64,000 nucleotides of DNA. Origin: Parcubacteria bacterium GBS-2 (lineage in GTDB: Bacteria; Patescibacteriota; Minisyncoccia; Minisyncoccales; GBS-2). The notes under the pieces were generated by a model. The model was not told the DNA's origin. It worked only from the letters and a program-made list of their open reading frames with translations, and searched no databases. The stretch lies in the NCBI GenBank assembly GCA_001443025.1, contig LEKP01000003.1:22652-86651 (forward strand), read 5' to 3'. Made by a program: the position numbers and the translations under genes. The first letter of the stretch is position 1. Every line of letters begins with the position of its first letter. Below are positions 52,045 to 61,837 of the stretch, piece by piece.

Positions 52045-52889
52045 TTTGCAAAGAAAATTTTTGCTTCGCTTAATATTCTATCTTTCTTTGGGATTTTTAC
52101 TTTTTCAAATTTTTTTTCTAAAATATCCTTTGCCAAAACTATACCTTGGGAGATCAGTTCTTTCGCGAGTTGACCAGTGACTGATGGCAAAATCGTTATT
52201 GGATAAAAATTATTTTTTTCAATTAACCTCTCAAGTCCTCGCCCTGGAGGATACTTCCAACCTAGTAATTCGACTCCCACACACTCTGAATATTTAATAG
52301 CCTCTGTAGTAAATTTTGCGTTAGTAATTAAAATACTTTTGTATTCCATTTTTGTATCGAAAAATTTTCTCCTTTGAATATCTAAAAATCTAGCGTAATT
52401 AGCTAAGGCAGATTTTAAATCAACCCTTCCTCCTGCCTCCCGTCTAAATTTGCACTCAGCAATGTAAAGAAAATTTTCTTTTTTTGCTAAAAAATCTATT
52501 TCATAACTCACGCAACATCCTGGAATTATTTGATTCATTTTCACTTCAAATCCCTCGATTTCAAAAATCCTCGCCACAAATTTTTCAAAGGGAAAACCAG
52601 TTGGTCCTAATTTTTCTAATGATTTTTTTAAGTTAAATTTTATCGCAGACTGAGGAGTTTCTTTTAATAAAAGTTCAAAAATCCTATCAAAGATTTGAGA
52701 GGTTGAAATTCCATCAAAGACTTCTTTTTCAATTTTCCTTGCTATTTTTAATGCAACTTCTTTTGATGCACCAACATTTCTCGCCGATTGATAAACTTTT
52801 TTAAAAGAAAATGGTTCTCTTTCCCCTCTTAAATTAATAACATAAATTTTTTCCATCATAATTAACTGTTCTGAATATACGAATTTCAC
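52041..52889 (-). CDS. ATP-cone domain fused to a restriction-endonuclease-like (Mrr/PD-(D/E)xK) domain
   Basis: The N-terminus (IYVINLRGEREPFSFKKVYQSARNVGASKEVALKIARKIE) looks like an ATP-cone. The middle has FEKFVARIFEIEGF...YEIDFLAKKENFLYIAECKF (D...E.K nuclease core). The start is probably the internal MMEK/MEK. Confidence 0.55.
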   Translation of the reverse strand: MKFVYSEQLIMMEKIYVINLRGEREPFSFKKVYQSARNVGASKEVALKIARKIEKEVFDGISTSQIFDRIFELLLKETPQSAIKFNLKKSLEKLGPTGFPFEKFVARIFEIEGFEVKMNQIIPGCCVSYEIDFLAKKENFLYIAECKFRREAGGRVDLKSALANYARFLDIQRRKFFDTKMEYKSILITNAKFTTEAIKYSECVGVELLGWKYPPGRGLERLIEKNNFYPITILPSVTGQLAKELISQGIVLAKDILEKKFEKVKIPKKDRILSEAKIFFAK

Positions 52890-52916
52890 TTTTTCACAAT
52901 GGTGAAATTTTGAAAA

Positions 52917-54194
52917 TCAGTGAGTAGCACAAGAAATGCAAGGATCATAAACTCTAATTAACGATCTAATTTTTCTAATTTGCTCTTCTTTTTTTAGTCT
53001 CAAAATCTTTGGTAAGAAATCTTTAAGGTCCTCTTCTATGTTGTGCAAAAATTGAGCAGTAGGAGTAATAATGTTGCAGTTTAAAATTCTTCCGTCTTTG
53101 TCAATTTCGTAATAGTGGAAAAGAGTTCCTCTGGGAGCTTCTAAAGCGCTCAGTCCGCTTGAAGGATGAAATTTGATTTCTGGTTTTTCTTTTTTGAGTG
53201 GCATTTTCAAAATTTCTTTTAATAATTCTTGACAAACTTCCAAAAAGTACAAAACCTCAATCGCTTGAGAAAAAAGATTATAAAAAATATTTTTAAAATA
53301 CTCTTTTTCTTTGATTTTTCTCTCTTTCAAAAATTCCTCAAACTTTTCCCTAGAATTTTTTGTTAAAAATCTTCCATTATTTTTAATTCTGGCGATTGCT
53401 CCTACCATGTAAGCCTTGCCTCTAAACTTTACTTTCTTTACTGGCGGTGACTTTAAATCCTCTTCAATTTGAACTGAGTAAAAATCAGAGAAAGTAAATT
53501 TTTCTTCCCCAATTTTAACGATTTTTTCAAGATAATAAGGATAATTTTTTCCATTGAAAACTGAAGCAAAAAGAGTTTCTCTTTCAAATTCTGGGTACTC
53601 AATTTTTTTGAAAGTGTCCACTAACAAGTTTGCATCTTCAATTGCTTGAGGAATTTTTTCTAAAATCTGTTTCAATTTTTCTTTTTCTGGAATTTTTGTA
53701 AAACCTCCAACGATCGGTGTTATTGGATGGACTGCTCTTCCTCCAACAATTCTCGTTATTTCTAAAGCAAGATCCCTTACTCTTAATGCTGCCTTTGATT
53801 CTTTTTTAAATTTCTTTAAAAGTTCCAAATCGTTTTCAATATTAAAAAAATCTGGCAAAGAAAGGAAAAACAAATGCAAAGTATGGGAATGGATAATGTT
53901 TGCAGCCAAAAGCAATTTTCTCAAAAGAATAATCTCTTCTGAGATTTTAACATTTAAAGCGCTTTCTATCGCAGTGCAAGCCCCTAAAATATGAGGTACA
54001 GGGCAAATTCCACAAATTCTCGAAACAACGATCGGAACTTCAAAATATCTTCTTCCAATCAAAATTCCTTCAATCTGTCTCAATCCCAAAAGAGTTTGAA
54101 ACTTCAATTCCTCAATTTCCCCAGTTTTTGTTACTTTTGCCCAAAACCCAGCTTCCCCCTCAATTTTATGAATATGGGGAATGGTGATTTTCAT
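52917..54194 (-). CDS. [NiFe] hydrogenase large subunit (cytoplasmic group-3-like)
   Basis: N-terminal metal motif RICGICPVPH and C-terminal DPCISCATH. Confidence 0.85.
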   Translation of the reverse strand: MKITIPHIHKIEGEAGFWAKVTKTGEIEELKFQTLLGLRQIEGILIGRRYFEVPIVVSRICGICPVPHILGACTAIESALNVKISEEIILLRKLLLAANIIHSHTLHLFFLSLPDFFNIENDLELLKKFKKESKAALRVRDLALEITRIVGGRAVHPITPIVGGFTKIPEKEKLKQILEKIPQAIEDANLLVDTFKKIEYPEFERETLFASVFNGKNYPYYLEKIVKIGEEKFTFSDFYSVQIEEDLKSPPVKKVKFRGKAYMVGAIARIKNNGRFLTKNSREKFEEFLKERKIKEKEYFKNIFYNLFSQAIEVLYFLEVCQELLKEILKMPLKKEKPEIKFHPSSGLSALEAPRGTLFHYYEIDKDGRILNCNIITPTAQFLHNIEEDLKDFLPKILRLKKEEQIRKIRSLIRVYDPCISCATH

Positions 54195-54949
54195 AATTTT
54201 AAAAATTTTTCTATGTCATCTTTTATTCCAAAAATTTCCAAATTGTCTTCGATTTCTTTTGGGCTTTTGAATTTTTTTAATGTTTCTAAAAATCCTTTTG
54301 GGTTTATGTTTTTTAAAATCCCCCTGCAGCCATAACAAAGTTGAAAATTTTTTGGACAAATTGCTTGGCACCCTGCCAAAGTTATCGGTCCCAAACAGGG
54401 TTCTCTTTTTCTTAAAAAACAGGTTTCTTTCCCCTGATGCTCGCATTCTGAACAAACTGGCTTTTGTGGAAATTCTGGAATTTTCCCTTTTATCAATTCC
54501 TTTGCATATTTTAGAAATTCCTCTCCATTGATGGGACAACCTGGAATGTAAAAATCTACTTTAACAAAGTTGTCAATTTCTTTAATCTCTGGATTTTCAA
54601 CGTTTAATTTTTTGTAAATGTACCTTATTGTCCTTTCTCTTCCTTGATAATTTTTCATTTCTGGAATTCCACCTAAAGCTGCACAATTTCCCATTGCCAC
54701 TAAAATTTTTGATTCTTTTCTGATTTTTTTTAATAAATTTATCTCCTCTTTCTTTATTGGCAATCCCTCAACAAATGAAACATCAATTTCTACTTTCCCT
54801 TTTGGAAATGGTATTTCTTCAATTAATGAAAAATCGATTAAATCAATTTCTCTTAAAAAATCAAAAAATTTTTCTCCCAAATCCAAAAGCGCAAATTGGC
54901 AACCTTCGCAAGAAGTTAAAGAAAAAAGGGCAACTTTTGGTTTTCTCAT
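54191..54949 (-). CDS. [NiFe] hydrogenase small subunit (no Tat signal)
   Basis: KVALFSLTSCEGCQ, GNCAALGG, GCP and distal Cys clusters. Translationally coupled to the large subunit. Confidence 0.8.
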   Translation of the reverse strand: MRKPKVALFSLTSCEGCQFALLDLGEKFFDFLREIDLIDFSLIEEIPFPKGKVEIDVSFVEGLPIKKEEINLLKKIRKESKILVAMGNCAALGGIPEMKNYQGRERTIRYIYKKLNVENPEIKEIDNFVKVDFYIPGCPINGEEFLKYAKELIKGKIPEFPQKPVCSECEHQGKETCFLRKREPCLGPITLAGCQAICPKNFQLCYGCRGILKNINPKGFLETLKKFKSPKEIEDNLEIFGIKDDIEKFLKL

Positions 54950-54961
54950 TAGTTTATTTTT

Positions 54962-55669
54962 TCACTTTTTCAAATAATTTGCAATTTCGATTGACAATTG
55001 AGTGTATTTTTTTAAATTTTCCAGGTCTTCTTTAGAAAGTTTTTCAAGGGCTAAACCCCAGTGAAAAGAAATAAAATCTCCAATTTTGATTTTTGGTAAA
55101 ATACTTTTAAACCAAAAAACTCTCCTCTTTGTTGGTTTTCCCAAAAACCACTTTTTCTCTTTCAAAAGCGGTTGATATTCAACTATCAAATTCGCAATTT
55201 GCAATTTAGAATCTTCAATTTTCAAAATTTTTCCCCAAGAAATTTTGCAAAGATCTTTCATTCCCTCTGTCATAATTAAGCCCTTTCTCATTGGTCCTAC
55301 AATTAAAACATGGAAAGAATGATGGGCTTTTGAGTTTTCAAGTAATTTTTCTGCCAATTTAGGTTTCTTTAAATGTTTTTTTACCATTTCTTTCAATTTT
55401 GAAATTCTCACTTTTTCTAAAAGTTCATTTCCGACCCAATAAGCCCTAACCACTTTTTCATCAAAGTGATTTGAAATTTTACTTTCTTTTGCAATCAATT
55501 TGTAATAAAAGAGAGAGCCCTCAAAGGTTTCTAAAATCTCTTTTATGTTCGGTACCTTTTCTCCTTTTAAAAAATGCAAAATTTCATGAGAAGCTTCCTC
55601 TCCCATTCCACAAAGCCCGAACCTTCCTGGAGGAAAACTATAGAGAGCGGCGATTTTAAGCCCTCGCAT
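54962..55669 (-). CDS. Unknown N-domain fused to a HypC/HupF-like C-terminal domain
   Basis: The C-terminal ~90 aa, CKISWGKILKIED...IKIGDFISFHWGLALEKLSKED, parallels HypC (MC.G.PG.I..ID...VGD.VLVH.GFA...). The N-terminal 140 aa were not recognised. Confidence 0.4.
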   Translation of the reverse strand: MRGLKIAALYSFPPGRFGLCGMGEEASHEILHFLKGEKVPNIKEILETFEGSLFYYKLIAKESKISNHFDEKVVRAYWVGNELLEKVRISKLKEMVKKHLKKPKLAEKLLENSKAHHSFHVLIVGPMRKGLIMTEGMKDLCKISWGKILKIEDSKLQIANLIVEYQPLLKEKKWFLGKPTKRRVFWFKSILPKIKIGDFISFHWGLALEKLSKEDLENLKKYTQLSIEIANYLKK

Positions 55670-56573
55670 AAATTAGAGATTTAAGATTTTCTAAGATCTT
55701 TTTGGTAGCAAAGATAGTAATAATTCCAGCTAAAATCAAAATCCCAGAAGCTATTTCTTGTAAAGGAATTTTTGCTCCTGAAATTAGATTTAAAAGCGTA
55801 GTTATCGGAGAACCCAAAAGCAAAATCACAGTGGCTTTGGAAACCGGAACGTATTTTAATCCTGAATACCAAGTGATAACATAAAAGAATAAAATTATTC
55901 CAGTTATTAGAACCCAAATTATTTGCTTTAAGTTCAATACAAAAATTTGAGAAGCCTGAGCAGTGAAAAGTAAGTAAATAAAAATGAAAATTGAGCCAAA
56001 AAACATTCTTCCAAAGGCAACAGTTTTTCCGTCCAAATTCGAGGTAGAAAGTAAGTATTTCGAAAGAGTATTCTCAACTGCCCAAAAAAGAGTAGCAATT
56101 AAAATTAAAAGGTCTCCCCTATCTGGCACAAAAGAAAATTTTTTTAGCAAGAGGGCATTGGCAAATAATAAAATTGAAGCCCCAAAAATAAATTTTCGAT
56201 CAATTTTCTCTTTTAAAAATAAAAGTGCTAAAATTGCAACCCACAAAAACATTGTCTTGTGAATGAAAGATCCCTCTGCCGAAGATGTAATTTTTAATCC
56301 TTTGAAAAATAACAAAAATGGAATAGAACCTCCGACTAAACCAATCAGAGCTAAAAAAATCCACTCTCTTTTTTTGAGAGTTTTAATTCTCTTTAAATCA
56401 AAGAATAACAAAAGCGAACCTAAAATTAAGGCAACTAGAGCCACTCTTAAAAAAGTGTAAACTTCAGCGCTTTTGAAAATTCCAACCCCAAATTTGTTAA
56501 CGAAAATTGCAAAACCTGAAATTATCGCAGTTAGTGTGACTAATAGATATCCTTTGTTCATATTTTTAAACAT
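55656..56573 (-). CDS. EamA/DMT-family transporter
   Basis: 305 aa with ten predicted TM helices in two similar halves. Confidence 0.7.
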   Translation of the reverse strand: MFKNMNKGYLLVTLTAIISGFAIFVNKFGVGIFKSAEVYTFLRVALVALILGSLLLFFDLKRIKTLKKREWIFLALIGLVGGSIPFLLFFKGLKITSSAEGSFIHKTMFLWVAILALLFLKEKIDRKFIFGASILLFANALLLKKFSFVPDRGDLLILIATLFWAVENTLSKYLLSTSNLDGKTVAFGRMFFGSIFIFIYLLFTAQASQIFVLNLKQIIWVLITGIILFFYVITWYSGLKYVPVSKATVILLLGSPITTLLNLISGAKIPLQEIASGILILAGIITIFATKKILENLKSLIYARA

Positions 56574-56964
56574 TTTCTTTTATTTCTTTTGCAATTTTTT
56601 CCATTTCCTCCTTTCCAATTTTACGAATTAAGGATAAATCAATCAAAGCTCCATGTCCATCTTCAGGAAATCTTGGAACCAAATGAATGTGAGCATGAGG
56701 AACTTCTTCGCCAATAATAAAAGAAACTACAAAATCTGTTTTCATTGATTTTTTAATAACTCTAGCAATTTTTCCGACTACTTCAAAGTATTCTCCCAAA
56801 TAAGGAACGTCCCAAACCCATCTAAAATGCTCCTTTGGAATTACTAAAGTGTGGCCTGGATTTCTTGGATTAATATCTAAAAACGCTAAAAATTTTTCAT
56901 TTTCAAAAACTTCAAAACAAGGAATTTCTTTTTTTGCTATCTTGCAAAAAACGCAATTTTCCAT
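56566..56964 (-). CDS. HIT-family hydrolase
   Basis: CVFCKI...NPGHTLVIPKEH and the histidine triad HAHIHLVP. Confidence 0.85.
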   Translation of the reverse strand: MENCVFCKIAKKEIPCFEVFENEKFLAFLDINPRNPGHTLVIPKEHFRWVWDVPYLGEYFEVVGKIARVIKKSMKTDFVVSFIIGEEVPHAHIHLVPRFPEDGHGALIDLSLIRKIGKEEMEKIAKEIKENV

Positions 56965-57004
56965 ACTATTAAGAAATTATACCAAAAATTGATACAATAA
57001 AAAA

Positions 57005-58957
57005 GTGAAACTAGGAAAACACATAAAATGGTTAAGGAGATTGGTTGAAAGAGAAAGGGAAGCAGAGATTGAAATAATGAAAAAAGAAATCAAAAGCCTT
57101 TCTGGAAAAGAAAGAGAAAAAGTAGGAAGGGCAATCTTGGGATTGAAAGGAAAAGTAATTGGAAGGGAATTTTCATTTAAAATAGTGAAATTTGGAAGAG
57201 AAAGAGAAATTGAAACTGAAATTTCAGTTGGAGATTTGGTTTTGATTTCAAAAGGAAATCCATTAAGAAGCAATTTAGTTGGGGTAGTTACTGAAAAAGG
57301 AAAAAAATATTTGTCAGTTGCTTTAGAAAAAACTCCTAGCTGGGCGTTTTCTAATGTGAGAATCGATCTTTTTGCAAATGACATTACCTTTAGGAGGCAG
57401 ATTGAGAATTTAGAAAATTTAAAAGAAGGTGGAAGATTGGCTTTAAAGTATAGCCTAGGGGGATTAACTCCCTTGCCATCAAAAAAAATCAATTTCTCCC
57501 CGATAGATAAAAACTTAAATCCTTCTCAAAAATTAGCAGTTTCTTTTTCTTTGGGAACTAAAGATTTCTTTTTGATCCAAGGACCTTTTGGAACAGGAAA
57601 AACTAGAACTTTAGCTGAAATTGTTTTGCAATTGGTTAAGAAAGGAGAGAAAGTTTTAGTTAGTGCCGAAAGTAATGTGGCGGTCGATAATTTAGTAGAA
57701 AAATTGAGAGAAAAGGCAAAAATTGTGAGGTTGGGACACCCTTCGAGAGTGGCAAAAAATTTAATTGACTCAACTTTAGTTTATCAAGTTGAAAATTCAA
57801 AGGGTTATAAAAAAGTAAAAAAATTAAGAGAGAAAATTGAAGAATTAGTTGCCTTTCGAGATCAATTTTTAAAACCAACTCCTCAAAGAAAAAGAGGTTT
57901 GAGAGATGAGAAAATTTTAAAATTGGCTGAAACAAAACGGACGAAAAGGGGAATAAAAATTGAAGATATCGAATCGATGGCAGAATGGATAAAAATTCAA
58001 AATCAAATAGCAAAAATAATCAAAGAAATTTCAAAAATTGAAGAAAGAATAGCTGAGAAAATTTTAGAGGAAGCTGAAGTAGTTTTGTGTACTAATTCTT
58101 CTGCAGCGCTTGACTTTTTGAGAAATTTTGAATTTGATACTGCAATAATCGATGAAGCAACTCAGGCAACAATTCCTAGTATTTTAATTCCGATTTGTAA
58201 AGCAAAAAAATTCATTTTAGCAGGAGATCACAAACAATTGCCCCCAACTGTTTTATCTGAGAAAGCGAAAGCTCTTTCTGAAACCCTGTTTGAAAAATTG
58301 ATCCAAAGATACCCAGAAAAGTCGGTCCTGCTCAACGTACAGTATAGAATGAATGAGGCCTTGATGGAATTTCCAAATAAAGAATTTTATGAGGGAAAAT
58401 TAAAAACTGATGAAAGCGTAAAAAATATTACTCTAAAAGATTTCAAAATAAAAATTCCAAAATTTGGAAACTTTTGGGATAAAATTTTAGACCCAGAAAA
58501 CGTTATTTGCTTTTTAGATACATCAAAATCTGAGGAAAAATTTGAAAGAGTTAGGGCTGAATCCTTTTCAAAAGAAAATCCCTTTGAGGTGGAGGTTGTA
58601 AAATCAATTTTAGAAAAAATGTTTGAGGTGGGAATTAAAAAAGAATGGATCGGGGTGATTACCCCTTATGATGACCAATTAGATCTTTTAAGAAGAAATT
58701 TAGGAGAAATGGTCGAAATAAATACCGTTGATGGCTACCAAGGAAGAGAAAAAGAAATTATTTTGATTTCTTTTGTAAGAAGTAATAAAGAAAAAATCTT
58801 GGGGTTTTTGACTGATTTGAGAAGATTAAATACTGCTATTACTCGAGCTAAAAGAAAATTAATCTGTGTTGGAGACATTGAAACATTAAAAATTCATCCT
58901 GTTTATGAAAGATTTATTGATTTTGTTAAAGAAAGAGGAGTCCTGGTTACTTTGTGA
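57005..58957 (+). CDS. Superfamily-1B helicase (Upf1/IGHMBP2/DNA2-like)
   Basis: Walker A QGPFGTGKT, motif II IIDEATQA, GDHKQLPP, YRM, VDGYQGREKEII, RRLNTAITRAK. Confidence 0.85.
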   Translation: MKLGKHIKWLRRLVEREREAEIEIMKKEIKSLSGKEREKVGRAILGLKGKVIGREFSFKIVKFGREREIETEISVGDLVLISKGNPLRSNLVGVVTEKGKKYLSVALEKTPSWAFSNVRIDLFANDITFRRQIENLENLKEGGRLALKYSLGGLTPLPSKKINFSPIDKNLNPSQKLAVSFSLGTKDFFLIQGPFGTGKTRTLAEIVLQLVKKGEKVLVSAESNVAVDNLVEKLREKAKIVRLGHPSRVAKNLIDSTLVYQVENSKGYKKVKKLREKIEELVAFRDQFLKPTPQRKRGLRDEKILKLAETKRTKRGIKIEDIESMAEWIKIQNQIAKIIKEISKIEERIAEKILEEAEVVLCTNSSAALDFLRNFEFDTAIIDEATQATIPSILIPICKAKKFILAGDHKQLPPTVLSEKAKALSETLFEKLIQRYPEKSVLLNVQYRMNEALMEFPNKEFYEGKLKTDESVKNITLKDFKIKIPKFGNFWDKILDPENVICFLDTSKSEEKFERVRAESFSKENPFEVEVVKSILEKMFEVGIKKEWIGVITPYDDQLDLLRRNLGEMVEINTVDGYQGREKEIILISFVRSNKEKILGFLTDLRRLNTAITRAKRKLICVGDIETLKIHPVYERFIDFVKERGVLVTL

Positions 58958-58958
58958 T

Positions 58959-59810
58959 TTATTTTGTAAAAACGACTGCAGAATATCCAACAACTTGCGA
59001 TTTTTCCCCATAAATTGTATCTCCTGAATTTTGATACTTTAACAATTTTGCTTTCCCTTTTAAATTTCTTGAAATTTCCAAAATCGTCTTTATCGTATCT
59101 TGGGCGCAAGCAAAAGTATCAACATCTGGGAAAAGTTTTTTTAGAGTTTCAATTTTTTCTTTAAATTTTTCAGGATCTAATCTTAAAATTCCTTCGATAG
59201 TTCTTTTGTCTACTTCTATTGCAATCTCATAAGGAGGATAATGGGAAAGGTCGGCCGAAGCAACTACTAAAATTTTCCTTTTTTCCATCAATTTCAAAAT
59301 TGCTTTTGCTAACTCTTTCCAATCTTTGTCTTCAGAGCCAAAAATCAGGGGCAAAATTTTAAAATTTTTCAAAACTTTTTGTAAAAATGGAACTTGAACT
59401 TCTAAAGAGTGTTCAAACAAATGGGCAGAATCTTTAACAAAAAATCTTTTTGAAAAATCCAAAATTTCTCTTGCCAATTCTTCATCAACTTTTACTCTTC
59501 CCAAAGGGGTTTCCCACTCTCCCCTATCCCAAACTGAAACTCCATCGAAATATTCGTAATGGGAATCTCCAATCAAAACAACAGTTTCAAATTTTTTCCC
59601 TTGAATTGCTCTATAACAATGGGCAGCAACAAGACCTGAAAAAACATAACCTGCGTGGGGAACTAAAATTCCAAAGATTTCTCCTTCAATTTTAGGTATT
59701 TTTGCTTCTTTCAAAAAACCTTCGATCATTTCTTCTAGTTCTTTTTTCTCTCCTGGATAAAATTGCCCTGCCACCGCAGAAAATCTCAATTTTTCTCTTT
59801 GGTCTACCAT
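58959..59810 (-). CDS. Memo-like / AmmeMemoRadiSam system protein B
   Basis: AGQFYPG...ILVPHAGYVFSG...SADLSH. Confidence 0.8.
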   Translation of the reverse strand: MVDQREKLRFSAVAGQFYPGEKKELEEMIEGFLKEAKIPKIEGEIFGILVPHAGYVFSGLVAAHCYRAIQGKKFETVVLIGDSHYEYFDGVSVWDRGEWETPLGRVKVDEELAREILDFSKRFFVKDSAHLFEHSLEVQVPFLQKVLKNFKILPLIFGSEDKDWKELAKAILKLMEKRKILVVASADLSHYPPYEIAIEVDKRTIEGILRLDPEKFKEKIETLKKLFPDVDTFACAQDTIKTILEISRNLKGKAKLLKYQNSGDTIYGEKSQVVGYSAVVFTK

Positions 59811-60652
59811 TTTAGAAATATTTCTACGACAAAAATCAAAAGCTCAATTAAAATCAAAATGATGATTATTAATTCTAAAAAATGACCTCTTTGAGCGGAA
59901 ATAAAATCTAACAAAATTTTGTTATGGTCTGCTAAAAACCTAATTTTTTCGTTCAAGATATCAAACCTGTCTCCTAGTTCAAATTCGTAAAATAATTTGT
60001 TATAAAGTCGCTCCAACTCTGATCTCTCCCAAGTAGTTTCTGGTTTGTCAAAAAGAGACAGATGGGAAATTGTGCGTTGTCTTACAGCCAAAATATCTCC
60101 AATTTCTCTTAATAACTCTTTTTCTCTAAGTTTTCTTATTTTTCCTGATTTTAAAATTCCAATTAATCTCTCCAATTCAGAAACTCTTTGCTCTATTTCT
60201 TTTTCAAATCTTTCCAGGGCCACTGACTGAGAAATGACAAAAGAAATTACTTGAACTTTTTCCTTATCAATTTTTGTTAAATATACTTTACCAAACCTCA
60301 CATTTTCTATTTCTTTCCCTGTGAAAACTTTCAAAGTATCAAAATAAGGGTAGTTTTTATCGAATTCTTCAATAAACGGAGAAATTTCTTGGACGAATTC
60401 TTCTCTTAATTTTTTTGGAACGTTCCAAAAAGTTACTACTCCAAATTTCGTTAAAACCGCGTATTGGCCCAGGGCTAACCTTAAAACAATCGGGTGGTCT
60501 CTAGTGATATAAGGATATTTTTTAAGGTTCTCTTGAAGTTTTTTTAGGTCTATTTTCTCCCCCAAATAACAACTAAAAATAGAAAAATTTTTCCTCAATT
60601 TTTTAAAGGAAGGGGTTTTTACCACCTCTCTTTTTGCTTGTTCTTCCATCAT
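59804..60652 (-). CDS. DUF155 / RMD1-family protein
   Basis: Central ISQSVALERFE block and a single C-terminal TM (LELIIIILILIELLIFVV). Family assignment is from memory. Confidence 0.45.
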   Translation of the reverse strand: MMEEQAKREVVKTPSFKKLRKNFSIFSCYLGEKIDLKKLQENLKKYPYITRDHPIVLRLALGQYAVLTKFGVVTFWNVPKKLREEFVQEISPFIEEFDKNYPYFDTLKVFTGKEIENVRFGKVYLTKIDKEKVQVISFVISQSVALERFEKEIEQRVSELERLIGILKSGKIRKLREKELLREIGDILAVRQRTISHLSLFDKPETTWERSELERLYNKLFYEFELGDRFDILNEKIRFLADHNKILLDFISAQRGHFLELIIIILILIELLIFVVEIFLKW

Positions 60653-60675
60653 TTCTATATTATTCTATTTTTCAG

Positions 60676-60702
60676 AAAAAGAAAAACCCCCACAAGGAGA
60701 GG
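60676..60702 (-). terminator. Terminator-like hairpin
   Basis: Minus strand CCCTC-TCCTTGT-GGGGG followed by TTTTTCTTTTTC, downstream of the 60723 gene. Confidence 0.45.
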
Positions 60703-60722
60703 GTTTTAGTTTTTTGATAATT

Positions 60723-60980
60723 TTATAATGAATTCAAATCTTGATCTATTTCTTGGAATTCTCTTTCCAAATTTAAAATTTCAATCCCTTCTAAGTCTTG
60801 ATTGATAGCAATCACAGAATCTTCTTTTGGAACTACTTCCTCTGCGGGGGGTAGTGTGGGCACAGGGCTAACAACTCTTTTCTTTGTCCACCAGTATCCG
60901 ATCCCAACCAAAATCAATATAAGTAGTAAGACCAAAATAACCGGAATAAAACTCTTTTTTGTTTCTGTTTTTTGTTCCAT
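60723..60980 (-). CDS. Hypothetical single-pass membrane protein
   Basis: 85 aa with one TM helix (FIPVILVLLLILILVGIGYWW). Confidence 0.35.
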   Translation of the reverse strand: MEQKTETKKSFIPVILVLLLILILVGIGYWWTKKRVVSPVPTLPPAEEVVPKEDSVIAINQDLEGIEILNLEREFQEIDQDLNSL

Positions 60981-60984
60981 GTTT

Positions 60985-61710
60985 TTATTGAGTTGGTTGG
61001 GTCGTAGTTGGCACCTCTAACTCATCGACTTTTGGAATTTGAGCCAATGCAACAGCAGCTTGTCTTACCGCATCTCTTGCATCTTTGACCAACTTTTCCA
61101 CTGCTTTCAAGTCATCGTGAAGCTGTTGTCTTAATTTTCCAACATCCAATCTTAAATTTTCTTCAGTTGTAATTTCTGGAGGTTCATAAACTTTTTCTGC
61201 CTGAGCTTTCACTGCTTTTCTGGCTTTTTCAATGGCTTCGTGAGCTTTTTGAATTGCTTCTTCTACTTTACTTACGTCTTTTCCGTTAAGTTTTGCCTTT
61301 GCGGTCCTGCTTTCAATTCTTTCTAAAACTTTTCCTAAATGATCCAAAACATCCAAATAATGATCGGTTAATCTTTCATTCAAAGCATTGATTCTTTCAT
61401 AAATTCTTTCAACAATCTTTTGCTTTCTTTCGCTAATTCTTTCTCTTAATTTTTCCCTCAATTGTGCTTTGAGTTCTTCTATTTTCGTTTTCATTTCTTC
61501 TCTTTTTTCTTGAATTTGATTCTTATATTCCATTCGTACTTGTTCAATCTGCCTTTTTGTCTCCTCTCTAATTTGCTGAAATTCTTGCACTGAAATTCTA
61601 GACCTATCTCTTATCCTTTCCATCAGTCTGGGAGTAGTTGTTTGAGCAAAAGTGCCAATTCCAATCCCCAAAATCACCAAAGTTATTAGAGAAATCGCAA
61701 CTTTTTTCAT
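60985..61710 (-). CDS. Hypothetical secreted coiled-coil protein
   Basis: Signal peptide MKKVAISLITLVILGIGIGTFAQ, then Glu/Lys/Arg-rich heptads. Confidence 0.4.
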   Translation of the reverse strand: MKKVAISLITLVILGIGIGTFAQTTTPRLMERIRDRSRISVQEFQQIREETKRQIEQVRMEYKNQIQEKREEMKTKIEELKAQLREKLRERISERKQKIVERIYERINALNERLTDHYLDVLDHLGKVLERIESRTAKAKLNGKDVSKVEEAIQKAHEAIEKARKAVKAQAEKVYEPPEITTEENLRLDVGKLRQQLHDDLKAVEKLVKDARDAVRQAAVALAQIPKVDELEVPTTTQPTQ

Positions 61711-61837
61711 GAAGACCCTTTAACTTTTTATTCGACCTTTCCAATTTTATTTTAGATTTTTTTTATTAAGATGACAATCACTAATCTTTTTAAGAATTCC
61801 TAATTTCCTAAAAAATTTCGTTTCTCTTTAGCTGTTT

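Noticed and set aside
56977-57492. 171-aa minus-strand ORF, and similar long antisense ORFs (50636-51115, 30340-30723, 22529-22915, 38657-39131, 53991-54335)
   Set aside because: They are antisense to well-supported genes (helicase, ATPase, pheS, glyA, ppsA, hydrogenase). Their Phe/Ser/Leu/Ile-rich low-complexity translations are typical of the reverse strand of AT-rich, Lys/Glu-rich coding sequence.
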